From a virus (Duplodnaviria > Caudoviricetes), in the IMG/VR virus record IMGVR_UViG_2671180612_000001, positions 47,561-111,560 of that record: 64,000 nt of DNA. One strand, 5' to 3'. Position 1 is the stretch's first letter; every line of letters begins with the position of its first letter. The position numbers and the translations under genes are program-made. Under the pieces are notes generated by a model. That model saw only the letters and a list, made by a program, of their open reading frames with translations, was not told where the DNA came from and ran no database searches. Of the stretch, positions 36,990 to 47,100 are shown one piece after another.

Positions 36990-39900
36990 AGGGTATCACG
37001 GTAGAGCTGGAGCTGGCTGACGGCTCCTTCACGACGCGGATGCTGCGAGCCGGCCAGACCGTCCAGCAGTTCAACCGGGTCGCGGCCGGCTCGAACCAGA
37101 TGCTCCAGCGCCTTGCCGCCTCCAACCAGTCGGTGATCTCCTCGATCGCGATCGCCGACCGCAACACGAAGGGGTTCGTCGCCACGCTGCGCGACGTCTC
37201 CATCGTGACCGGCGCCGTCACCTTCGCCATGTCCGCCATGACGAGCGTCGCCCACGGCTGGGTCGGCGCGATCCTCGAGGTCAACGCCGAGTTCGAGCGT
37301 CTCACGCACCTCATGGCCGGCATGTCGAAGTCGGAGAACCCCTTCGCCGAGGCGTCCAACAACGTCGAAGTCCTCATCAAGAAGGCCAAGGAGGTGCCGT
37401 TCACCCTGAAGTCGGTGACGGACAACTTCGTGAAGCTGAAGGCCACCGGCACGGACCCGTTCAACGGCTCGCTCGATGCCATCATGGACGGCATCGCGGC
37501 CTTTGGTGGCTCGGATCAGCACTTCAACCGCGCAACCGTCGCCATCTCGCAGATGATGGGTAAGGGCGTCATCCAGATGGAAGAGCTGCGCCAGCAGCTC
37601 GGCGAGTCCGTCCCGTCGGCGATCGCGCTCATGGCGCGCTCCATGGGCCTCTCCATGGGTCAGCTCATCAAGGCGGTCGGCACCGGCACCGTGGAGTCCA
37701 AGCGCGCGCTGGAGATGCTCTACGCCGAGATGGATCGCACGTTCGGTGGGCGTGCGAACGCCATGATGGACACGTTCATGGGTCAGCTCAAGCAGACCGA
37801 GACGCTGTTCCAGACGCTCGCGCGCACGACGGGCGATGCCGGCTTCATGGACGAGATGAAGAAGCAGCTTCTCGACCTGAACCAGGTGCTCGGCTCCTCG
37901 ATCGGCACGTCGATGGCGCAGACGCTCGGCCGCGGCCTGACGACGATCGTCCAGGGCTTCCGGTCGGTGATCGACAACGCCATCGAGTTCCGCGGCTCGA
38001 TCGAGCGCCTGGGCAAGGCTCTCCTGACCGTGTTCGGCGCCAAGCTCGTCTTCGCCGGCATCGGGCAGATCACCACGGCGTTCGGCGCCCTGCGCGCTTC
38101 GCTGACCGCGACCGGCGTCCAGTTCGGCGTCGCGAGCCAGCAGATCTACCTCTACAACGTCGCGGTGAACTCCGGCGCGGCCGCAACGACGCTGATGGCG
38201 CGCGGAACGCAGGTGCTCCTCGCTGGCGTGTCGGGCCTTGCGATGGGCATCACGGCCGTCATGCCGTGGCTGACGGCGCTCGGCTTCGCGGTCTACGCCG
38301 TCGGCGAGTATTTCGACCTCTTCGGCAACAAGGCCAAGGACGCCTACAAGGAGCTCGAGCAGTTCGGCGCGCGCTCGCGCGAGGCGTTCAACATCGCCGC
38401 GACTGCGGCCGACGCGCAGGTCGGCAAGCTTGAGAAGCAGATCGCCGCCATCAACAAGGCGTTCAATGCCAAGGATCGCGACGAGGTCGCCGCGAACTGG
38501 ATGGAGCGCTACGGCTCGATCGGCGATCCGGAAGCTGCCAAGCAGGCACTCGACCGGATGCTCGCCAACTACGACGCCCAGATCGACCCGATCAAGAAGA
38601 AGATCGAGGAGATCCGCGGCGTCATGTCGAAGGGCGAGACGCAGCTCCTCGAGGACGAGGAGCGCGCGAACCTCCAAGCCTTCCAGACGATGCTCGACAA
38701 GGAGATCACCTCCTACAAGGCCGCATACGACAAGCGGGCGGTCCAGATCTCCGAGGAGTCCGACGCGCAGATCCAGTCGGCCAACGAGACCGGCCGCACG
38801 CTCCAGGCGATCACCAAGGAGCGCCAGGAGAAGACGCTCGCCAACCAGCTCGGCCTCTACAAGCGCGAGGAGGACTTCCTGCGCGCCAAGATCGCCGAGG
38901 AAGCCAAGATCATCACGGAGTCGGCCGACGAGGTCGCCAAGGATCTGGCGCAGAAGCGCACGGCCGCGCTGAACGCCCGGCTCGTCGAGACCCTTGCGGC
39001 CGCAGACCGCGCCAAGGGCATCGATTGGGGCGCGCCCATGGTCGATAACGTCGACGATGGTCAGAAGGCATACGATCGCGGCCAGAAGCGCCTCGAGAAC
39101 CTGAAGGCCGAGATCTCCGGCATGAAGGCCGAGCTCAAGGGCGCGAACGCCGAGGTCGTCGAGCTCCAGACGCGCATCGCCACCGGCCAGTATGGCAACA
39201 TGGGTCTCGAGGAGGTCCAGAAGCTCACGGACGAGCTCGTCCAGGCGCAGGCCGAGAAGGAAGCGCTGGACGAGCTGATGAAGGGCTCGCGCGCTCTCGA
39301 CGCCGACATCACGAGCGCCCGCGTGCGCCTCGCCAACGAGGAAGCCGACCTCAAGACCAAGCTGCGCGGCGAGGAGCTCTCGGAGGCCGACAAGATCCGC
39401 AACAAGTGGATCGAGGGCGGCTACCAGGGCCTCGGGCCGAACTCGCCGATGCAGGTGGGTCTGCGCGACATCACCACGCTCCTGAACACGACCGGCACCG
39501 TGACGGACGGCGTGGGCAACGCGCTGCGCAACAATGCCTTCGGCGAGCAGACGGCCGGCCGCATCACGACGATCACCGATCAGCTCCGCGAGATGGGGAA
39601 CCTTCTCGGGATCATCTCGACCAACGCGAACGGGATCTCCTTCGGGGATGTCGCGCGCGGCGGCGCGGGCTTCCGCACGCTCTCCGGTCCGCTCGGCGCC
39701 GGGATGCGCGACCTCATCGGCTACGCGGAAGGCACCGACAAGGGCCGGGGCTACAACGAGACGCTCGGCTACGGCGCCTACACGGGCGGCGATCGCAACC
39801 TCGTCGGCATGACGCTGAACGAGATCCTTCAGCTCCAGAAGCAGATGCTCGCCCATCCGGCGAACGGCTACAACTCGTCGGCGCTCGGCCGCTACCAGAT

Positions 39901-41653
39901 CGTCTCCAAGACCCTCAAGGGTCTCATGGAAGAGATGGGCCTGTCGGGCGGCGAGCTCTTCAACGAGCAGATGCAGGACGCGATGGCCGACCGGCTGATC
40001 GCGCGCCGCGCCGGCCAGGGCGTCGACGGCTATCGCAACGAGTGGGAGGGCCTGCGCCGGATCGACCCGCAGACGATCCTCGCTGCGCTGTCGGGTCAGA
40101 ACCGTCCGGGCGCCCCGACGATCGAGAACGCCAAGCGTCTGGAAGCGGGCGGCAACGTCCCGTCGTTCTCTGCCGGCGTCGTCGCGACGGCCGAGCAGGC
40201 CGCGCAGCGCGTCGCCGACGACAAGGCGGCGCTCGAGAAGATGCTCACCCCGATCGTCGAGGCCGAGGCGCGCAACAAGGGCCTCAAGGGCGAGGTCGCG
40301 ATCAAGAACTTCGTCGATGGTCAGATCAACGAGATCGAGAAGATCAAGGAGGAGATGGGCGGCACGGCCAAGCGCCTGGCCGCGACCCAGAAGGCGATCC
40401 GCGACGGCAAGATCATCGGCGACAACCGTGATCCGGAGAGCGCCGTCTACAAGGAGATCATCGAGAACGCGAAGAAGCTGGACGCGGTCGAGGCCGAGAA
40501 CGCCGCGAAGAAGAAGTCGCGCCGGCAGATCGAGCGTGCCGAGGCCAAGTTCGAGCAGCAGGAGGAGGAGATCCGTCGTCGCGCCGAGGAGGCGTCGATC
40601 CGGATGCAGGATCCTCTCGAGAAGAAGTCCTCGAACGAGTTCCGCCAGCTCCAGGCCCAGCTTGCGCAGCACATGAAGGAGATGGAGACCTTCTACGGGA
40701 AGGACTCGGCCGAATACGCTGCCGCGCTCGAGCGCAAGAAGGCGCTCCTGCGCGAGTTCACCAACCTCGAGGTCTCCGAGCAGGCCGCGGGATGGACGAC
40801 GCGCGCCCAGGAGATCCGCCGCTCGCTGATGACCGAAAAGCAGGCCCGGCAGGTCGCGCTCCAGGAGGAGATCGGCCGCATCGACAAGATGCTCGCGGAC
40901 TACGTCGGCTCGGAAGAGGAGAAGGTCCAGGTCGTGAAGGCCGCGGAGGAGCTCAAGGCGCAGCTCCGCGCGCAGTATTCGGCCGACGATCCGATCTCCA
41001 AGAAGTTCCGCGAGTGGGGCGATCTCCAGGACAACCTGGCGAACGCCACGACCGGCTGGATGGACTCGGTCGCGGGCGGCATCGCCGGCCTCATTACCGG
41101 CACCGGCGACTTCCGCTCGATCGTGAACGGCATGATCAACGACATCGCCAACATGGGCGTGAAGTATCTGATGTCGTCCATCATGGGCGGCGGGGACAAG
41201 GGCACCAAGGGCACCGCGAAGGGCGTCCTCAAGAAGGGCGCGACCAAGGGGATCGGCACGGCACACACGGGCGGCATCATCGGCTCGTCGAACCTCGCCC
41301 GCTCCTTTGTGTCCTCGAGCCTGTTCGCGACCGCTCCGAAGTTCCACACGGGCGGCGTCATCGGTGGCCGGTCGCTGACCTCGGACGAGGTGCCGATCAT
41401 CGCCAAGAAGGGCGAGGGCGTCTTCACGCCGGAGCAGATGAAGGCTCTCGGCGGGCTGAACGGCGGCGCGGGACCGAGCGTCAGCCTGTCGTCCAGCGTG
41501 ACCGTCAACGCATCGGGAGGCTCGGCCGAGCAGAACGACGACCTGGCGAAGAAGATCGGCCGCGAGGTCGAGAACCACACCCGAACGATTGTAGTCGAGG
41601 AAATGCGCCGGCAGATGCGTCCGGGCGGCATCCTCCCAGGACGAGGACGCTAA
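36986..41653 (+). CDS. tail tape measure protein with internal lysozyme-like domain
   Basis: 1555 aa; KGVIQMEELRQQ tape-measure motif; AEG...YN...ALGRYQ; HTGG at C-terminus. Confidence 0.92.
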   Translation: MKGITVELELADGSFTTRMLRAGQTVQQFNRVAAGSNQMLQRLAASNQSVISSIAIADRNTKGFVATLRDVSIVTGAVTFAMSAMTSVAHGWVGAILEVNAEFERLTHLMAGMSKSENPFAEASNNVEVLIKKAKEVPFTLKSVTDNFVKLKATGTDPFNGSLDAIMDGIAAFGGSDQHFNRATVAISQMMGKGVIQMEELRQQLGESVPSAIALMARSMGLSMGQLIKAVGTGTVESKRALEMLYAEMDRTFGGRANAMMDTFMGQLKQTETLFQTLARTTGDAGFMDEMKKQLLDLNQVLGSSIGTSMAQTLGRGLTTIVQGFRSVIDNAIEFRGSIERLGKALLTVFGAKLVFAGIGQITTAFGALRASLTATGVQFGVASQQIYLYNVAVNSGAAATTLMARGTQVLLAGVSGLAMGITAVMPWLTALGFAVYAVGEYFDLFGNKAKDAYKELEQFGARSREAFNIAATAADAQVGKLEKQIAAINKAFNAKDRDEVAANWMERYGSIGDPEAAKQALDRMLANYDAQIDPIKKKIEEIRGVMSKGETQLLEDEERANLQAFQTMLDKEITSYKAAYDKRAVQISEESDAQIQSANETGRTLQAITKERQEKTLANQLGLYKREEDFLRAKIAEEAKIITESADEVAKDLAQKRTAALNARLVETLAAADRAKGIDWGAPMVDNVDDGQKAYDRGQKRLENLKAEISGMKAELKGANAEVVELQTRIATGQYGNMGLEEVQKLTDELVQAQAEKEALDELMKGSRALDADITSARVRLANEEADLKTKLRGEELSEADKIRNKWIEGGYQGLGPNSPMQVGLRDITTLLNTTGTVTDGVGNALRNNAFGEQTAGRITTITDQLREMGNLLGIISTNANGISFGDVARGGAGFRTLSGPLGAGMRDLIGYAEGTDKGRGYNETLGYGAYTGGDRNLVGMTLNEILQLQKQMLAHPANGYNSSALGRYQIVSKTLKGLMEEMGLSGGELFNEQMQDAMADRLIARRAGQGVDGYRNEWEGLRRIDPQTILAALSGQNRPGAPTIENAKRLEAGGNVPSFSAGVVATAEQAAQRVADDKAALEKMLTPIVEAEARNKGLKGEVAIKNFVDGQINEIEKIKEEMGGTAKRLAATQKAIRDGKIIGDNRDPESAVYKEIIENAKKLDAVEAENAAKKKSRRQIERAEAKFEQQEEEIRRRAEEASIRMQDPLEKKSSNEFRQLQAQLAQHMKEMETFYGKDSAEYAAALERKKALLREFTNLEVSEQAAGWTTRAQEIRRSLMTEKQARQVALQEEIGRIDKMLADYVGSEEEKVQVVKAAEELKAQLRAQYSADDPISKKFREWGDLQDNLANATTGWMDSVAGGIAGLITGTGDFRSIVNGMINDIANMGVKYLMSSIMGGGDKGTKGTAKGVLKKGATKGIGTAHTGGIIGSSNLARSFVSSSLFATAPKFHTGGVIGGRSLTSDEVPIIAKKGEGVFTPEQMKALGGLNGGAGPSVSLSSSVTVNASGGSAEQNDDLAKKIGREVENHTRTIVVEEMRRQMRPGGILPGRGR

Positions 41654-41654
41654 G

Positions 41655-42011
41655 ATGGCACTACGAACCTTCAGGCCGGCGAAGCCGCCGGCCGGCCCGA
41701 CGATGATGAAGCCGAAGTTCAACATCAAGAAGGCCGAGTTCGGCGACGGCTACACGCAGACGACGCCCAACGGGCTGAACCACATGCGCTACACGCTGAC
41801 GCTCCAGTGGGACACGCTTCTCCCGTTCGAGGCCCGGCTCATCATCGCCTTCCTCGAGGAGCACCAGGGGACGATCCCGTTCCACTACCAGCCGGTGAAC
41901 TCGGACAAGGCGCGCAAGTGGACCTGCGAGGACTGGCAGGACTCGGCCGAGCCGGGCGGGTTCCGCAAGCTGTCGGCGACCTTCGTCGAAAGCTTCGACC
42001 TTCGCCGCTGA
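41655..42011 (+). CDS. minor tail protein (lambda gpM-like)
   Basis: FGDGYTQ..PNGLN, FLEEH, ATF. Confidence 0.85.
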   Translation: MALRTFRPAKPPAGPTMMKPKFNIKKAEFGDGYTQTTPNGLNHMRYTLTLQWDTLLPFEARLIIAFLEEHQGTIPFHYQPVNSDKARKWTCEDWQDSAEPGGFRKLSATFVESFDLRR

Positions 42012-42052
42012 AACGGCTGGCGTTTAAGTAAGCAATTACTTATCATGTCGGG

Positions 42053-42763
42053 ATGGCATCCATCACCCCGACACTCCAGAACCTGACGCCTGGCGCGAAG
42101 ATTTCGCTCTACCGCATCGACACGCGCAAGGTCGGCGGCGGGGAGTATTTCTTCTGCCAGGCGTCGCAGTCCGACCAGGCCGTGAAGTTCGGCGGCGTCG
42201 TCTATTCGCCCGTCGACATCGAGGTCGAGGGCTTCGAGGTCACGGCCGGCGGATCGCTACCGACGCCCACACTCCGGATCGCGAACTCGGATCTCACCGT
42301 CCAGGCGCTCGTGAACACGTTCGGCGACCTTCTCGGCTGCGAGGTCCAGCGCGTCCGCACCTTCCACCATCACCTCGACGGCCAGATGGCCGCGGACCCG
42401 ACCGCCTATCTCGGGCCGGACACCTTCGAGATCGAGCGCAAGACCGACGAGAACTACGCCTACATCGAGTGGGAGCTCTCGGCCGCGATCGACCAGGACG
42501 ACGCACTCCTGCCCAAGCGCACGGTGATCCGCGACACCTGCCTCTTCCGCTACCGCAACTTCAACCCGAACACCGGCCGCTTCGACTACTCGAAGTGCCT
42601 CTGCCCCTATGCGGGCGGCGCCATGTTCGACCGCAACGACAACCCGACGAGCGATCCGACCAAGGACGAGTGCTCGCGGCGCGTGGGCGGCTGCAAGCTG
42701 CGCTTCGGCGCGAACAATCCGCTGCCCTTCGGCGGCTTCACCGGCGCGTCGAGGGTCCGCTGA
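42053..42763 (+). CDS. minor tail protein L
   Basis: Conserved Cys, CKLRFG...LPFGGF. Confidence 0.9.
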   Translation: MASITPTLQNLTPGAKISLYRIDTRKVGGGEYFFCQASQSDQAVKFGGVVYSPVDIEVEGFEVTAGGSLPTPTLRIANSDLTVQALVNTFGDLLGCEVQRVRTFHHHLDGQMAADPTAYLGPDTFEIERKTDENYAYIEWELSAAIDQDDALLPKRTVIRDTCLFRYRNFNPNTGRFDYSKCLCPYAGGAMFDRNDNPTSDPTKDECSRRVGGCKLRFGANNPLPFGGFTGASRVR

Positions 42764-43539
42764 TGCTTGGGTCCGAGATCACCAAGGCCGCGCAGGCGCA
42801 CGCCATCGCCGAGTTCCCGCGCGAGAGCGTCGGCTTCGTCGTCGCCGGCCGCTACGTGCCCCTGGAAAACGTCCACGAGAGCCCGACCGAGCACTTCCGC
42901 ATCGATCCCGCGGAGGAAGCGCGCGCGGCCGTCTCCGGCACGGTGGAGTGGGTCATCCATTCGCACCCGAACGGGCCGAACTCGCCGAGCCAGGCCGACA
43001 TGGTCGCGCAGCGCTCCTGGGGCATCCCTTGGGCAATCATCGTGACGGACGGCGAGAGCGCGTCCGATCCGATCATGTGGGGCGACCAGCTCCCCATGGC
43101 ACCGCTTCTCGGCCGCGAGTTCGTCCATGGCCTGCACGATTGCTACGCGCTGATCCGAGACACCTACCGGGTCGGCCGCGAGGGCATGGCCGCGCAAGGG
43201 CTGTCCGAGAACTGGCCGTTCCCCGCGATCGAGCTGCCGGAAGTTCCGCGCGGCGACGGCTGGTGGAGCGAGGGTCAGGATCTCTACGTCGACCATTTCC
43301 GGAAATTTGGATTTCGCGAAATCTCGATCCGCGAGGCGCAGCCCGGCGACGTGTTCCTCGGGACCGTCAGCCATCCGTCGGCACCGACCGACAAGATCAA
43401 CCACGGTGGTCTCCTCGTCGAGGACGACCTGATTTTCCACCACCTCCCCAAGCGCCTGTCGCGCCGCGAGCCGTCCTCGATCTGGGCGCGCAGCGCGAAG
43501 CTGTGGATCCGATATGAAGGAGACGGGTCGGATGCGTAA
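42763..43539 (+). CDS. tail assembly protein K (JAB + NlpC/P60)
   Basis: HSHP..PSQAD; DCY; NHGG; HH. Confidence 0.9.
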   Translation: MLGSEITKAAQAHAIAEFPRESVGFVVAGRYVPLENVHESPTEHFRIDPAEEARAAVSGTVEWVIHSHPNGPNSPSQADMVAQRSWGIPWAIIVTDGESASDPIMWGDQLPMAPLLGREFVHGLHDCYALIRDTYRVGREGMAAQGLSENWPFPAIELPEVPRGDGWWSEGQDLYVDHFRKFGFREISIREAQPGDVFLGTVSHPSAPTDKINHGGLLVEDDLIFHHLPKRLSRREPSSIWARSAKLWIRYEGDGSDA

Positions 43540-44140
43540 GATCCACCTGCACGGTCATCTCGCCAAGTATGGCAAGACGTTCGAGCTCGACGTGCTGACG
43601 GCCGGCGAGGCCATCCGCGCGCTCAACGCCAACTTCCCGCGCTTCCGCGAGGATCTCGAGATCGGCCACTACCGCCTGGTGCGCGGCGACGAGAAGACGG
43701 GCTTTGCGATCGACCTCGAGGAGGTCAACGACTACCGGCTCGGCAACGCGGACCTGCACATCATCCCGGTCGCCGAAGGCGCCAAGCGCGGCGGTATCCT
43801 GAAGGCCATTCTCGGCGTCGCGCTCGTCGGCGCGGCCCTGTTCTTCTCGGGCGGCACGCTGGCCGGCGCGATCGGCGCGTCTGGCACGCTTCTCGGATCG
43901 GTCTCCTGGGCGTCCGTCGCCTTCATCGGTCTCGGCCTCGCGATCGCCGGCGCCTCGAGCCTGATCTCGGACCCCGACAAGAAGGGCGAGGACGAGAAGA
44001 AGACCAGCCATTCGCTCTCGGGGCCGACCAACACCTACGAGCAGGGCAACCCCGTGCCGCTGGTCTACGGCGAGGTCATCACGGGCGGTCAGGTCATCTC
44101 GGCCGGCATCGACATCGAGCAGCAGCTCAACCATGCGTAA
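43532..44140 (+). CDS. tail assembly protein I
   Basis: EAIRAL, IIPV.EG, QGNPVPLVYGE. Confidence 0.9.
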   Translation: MRKIHLHGHLAKYGKTFELDVLTAGEAIRALNANFPRFREDLEIGHYRLVRGDEKTGFAIDLEEVNDYRLGNADLHIIPVAEGAKRGGILKAILGVALVGAALFFSGGTLAGAIGASGTLLGSVSWASVAFIGLGLAIAGASSLISDPDKKGEDEKKTSHSLSGPTNTYEQGNPVPLVYGEVITGGQVISAGIDIEQQLNHA

Positions 44141-47100
44141 CGCCGCTCTCCCCATCGAACGCATCCTCGAAGGCTCGGGCGGCTCCATGAAGGGCGGCTC
44201 GGGCAAGGCCGCGAAGGAGGCGTCGGATACGCTGCGCTCCAACGCGATTGCGCGCATCGCCGAGCTGATCTGCGAAGGCGAGATCGAAGGTATCGTCGGA
44301 GGCCCGCAGGGCGTCTACTTCGACCAGACGCCGCTCATGAACGCCGACGGCACCCTGAATTTCACGGGCGTCGAGTTCGAGCAGCGCGTCGGCACGCCCG
44401 ATCAGGATCACGTTCCCGGCCTCGTTCAGGTCGAGACGCCCTACGACGTGTCGGTCGAGGTGAAGCAGGCCACCGGCCCGGTCACGCGCACGATCGTCGA
44501 CCAGGGCGCCGACGCCGTCCGTGTCATCATCAACATCCCGGCGCTCGTCCAATACACGGACAAGGGCGACATCAACGGCACGCACCTCGTCTACGGCATC
44601 GATGTCCGCCCCTCGGGCGGCTCCTGGGGCCGCGCGGTCCACAAGACGCTCGTCAACGAGAAGACCACGTCCGGCGTCCAGATCGACCATGTGATCGAGC
44701 TGCGCGGCACCGGCCCGTGGGATCTGCGCGTCGTGCGCGAGTGGCCGGACTCGACGAGCTCCAAGCTGTCGAACTCGCTGATCTGGGGCGCCTACTCGGT
44801 GATCCAGCGCGGCAAGTTCACCTACCCCTATTCGGCCTACGCCTACCTCGTCATCAACGCCGAGCAGTTCGGCTCGTCGATCCCCGCGCGCAACTACAAG
44901 GTCCGCGGTCTCAAGATCCAGGTGCCGACGAACTACGACCCCTACACGCGCACCTACTCGGGCATGTGGGACGGCCGCTTCAAGATCGCCTGGACGAACA
45001 ACCCGGCGTGGATCTTCTACGACCTCCTGACCAACAACCGCTATGGCCTGGGCGAGTTCATCGACGCGCAGCGCATCGACAAGTGGTCGCTCTACCAGAT
45101 CGGGCGCTACTGCGACGAGGTCGTGCCGTCGGGCTTCAAGAACCAGCAGGGCGGCGATCTCCACGAGCACCGCTTCACGTTCAACGGCGTGATCAACACG
45201 CGCACCGAAGCCTACACGGTGCTGAAGAACATCACGAACACGTTCCGGGGCATGGCCTTCTGGGCGGTCGGGCAGGTGTATGCGGTCGCCGACATGCCGA
45301 CCGACCCGAAGATGACCGTCGCGCCGGCCAACGTCATCGAGGGGCGCTTCTCCTACTCGGGCACCAGCCGCAAGTCCCGGCACTCGGTCGCGCAGGTCTC
45401 CTGGAACGACCCGGCCGACTTCGGCAAGTCCGCAGTGGAAGCCGTCATCAACGACGAGGCGCTGCGCAAGTTCGGCTGGCGCGAGACGCGCGTCCAGGCA
45501 CACGGCTGCACCTCGCGCGGCCAGGCGCACCGCTACGGCAAGTGGATCCTCGACACCGAGCTCCACGAGACGGAGACGGTCGCGTTCTCGGCCGGCTGGG
45601 ACATGGCCGACCTCAAGCCCTTCGAGATCATCAACGTCCACGACCCGGCGAAGATGAGCGCGCGCACGGCCGGCCGCATCGTCGAGATCTCGGCGAACCT
45701 GCGCACCGTCACGCTCGACGCTGCGTTCGAGCCGGAGAACCAGTTCGCCTATCACCTGTCGGTCGCCATGCCGTCGGGCGTGATGGAGTCGGTGAAAATC
45801 CAGAGCTGGTCGAACGACGGGCGCACCGTCGTCCTCGAGCGCGCCCTGTCGGCCCAGCCGGTCGACCAGACGATCTACGGGCTGTTCTCGTCCTATCTGA
45901 ACCCGCGGCCCTTCCGCGTGCTGACGATCAAGGAGAACGACGGCATCTTCCAGGTGACGGCGCTCCTGCACGACCCGACGAAGTATGCCCGCGTCGAGCG
46001 CGACATCCTGCTCGACCCGATCAACTACACGCGCCCGCCGTCCACGACCGAGGCGCCGATCGCGGCCGAGGCCGTCGAGACGCAGTTCCTCGAGAACGGC
46101 ACGCCGGTCTCGCGCATCCTCCTGTCCTGGACGCCCGGCTCGCCGCTGGCCGTCCGGCACATGGTCGAGGTCGCCGGGCCGCGCGGGCGCGCGACCTTCA
46201 ACAACATCGAGGTGCCCTACCAGGAGATCGAGAACGTCGTGGCCGGCCGCTACACGTTCAAGATCACCTCGTTCGGCATCACGGGCATTCCCTCGAAGCC
46301 CTTCACCTACGAATACGACGCAAAGGGCTGGGGCGAAGCGGCCATGCCGCAGGTCATCGACCTGCACATGCCCGGCGGGCCGGTGTTCAACCGTCCCGAC
46401 GCCGAGATCGCCTGGACGAACGTCCTCGCCGCGCCGCAGTTCTATCTGCGCAACACGGTCCAGGTCTGGGATGCCGAGACCTCGACGCTCCTGCGCAGCG
46501 AAGTCGTGCAGGGCGAGCGCTACGTCTACACTCTGGAGCGCAACAGGATCGACAATCGCGCACAGGGACGCTCACCAGCGCGCAAACTGCGCTTCGTCGT
46601 CACTCTGCAAGATACGCTTGAGCGAACGAGCCCTGAAGCTTCCCTGGCCGTCGAGAACCCGGTTCCGGACACGCCGGCGCCCGAGGTCTATCCGGGCGTC
46701 AACCAGATCTTCCTGAACTGGACGAACCCGGCCGACCTCGATTTCGCCGGCACGCTCGTCTGGGTGACGGAAACGCCGAACTTCGATCCCGAGGTCGAGG
46801 CGCCCGTGGTCGACACGACGTCCTCGATCCTGTCCTACCCGATCTACAGCGGCCGGACCCAATACATCCGGATCGCCTGCTACGACACGTTCGGCAAGAC
46901 GGGTCTCAAGTTCTCGCCGCAGTTCCAGGTGACGCCGCTCGTCTCCGACGTGGACGTCGACCCGCCCATCCGGCCGACCGGCTTCAAGGGCGAGTCCACG
47001 CTCACCGAGGACGGCCGCGCGCGCATCCTGTTCACCTGGGACGAGAACACCGAGGACACGGACCTCGCGGGCTTCCAGATCTCGATCCGCGAGGTGCTCT

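Noticed and set aside
36719-41728. 1669-aa minus-strand ORF (similarly 28912-31326, 56705-59206, 44127-46367, 9000-11117)
   Set aside because: Antisense shadows of real genes, expected from strong codon bias in high-GC DNA; no motifs or RBS.
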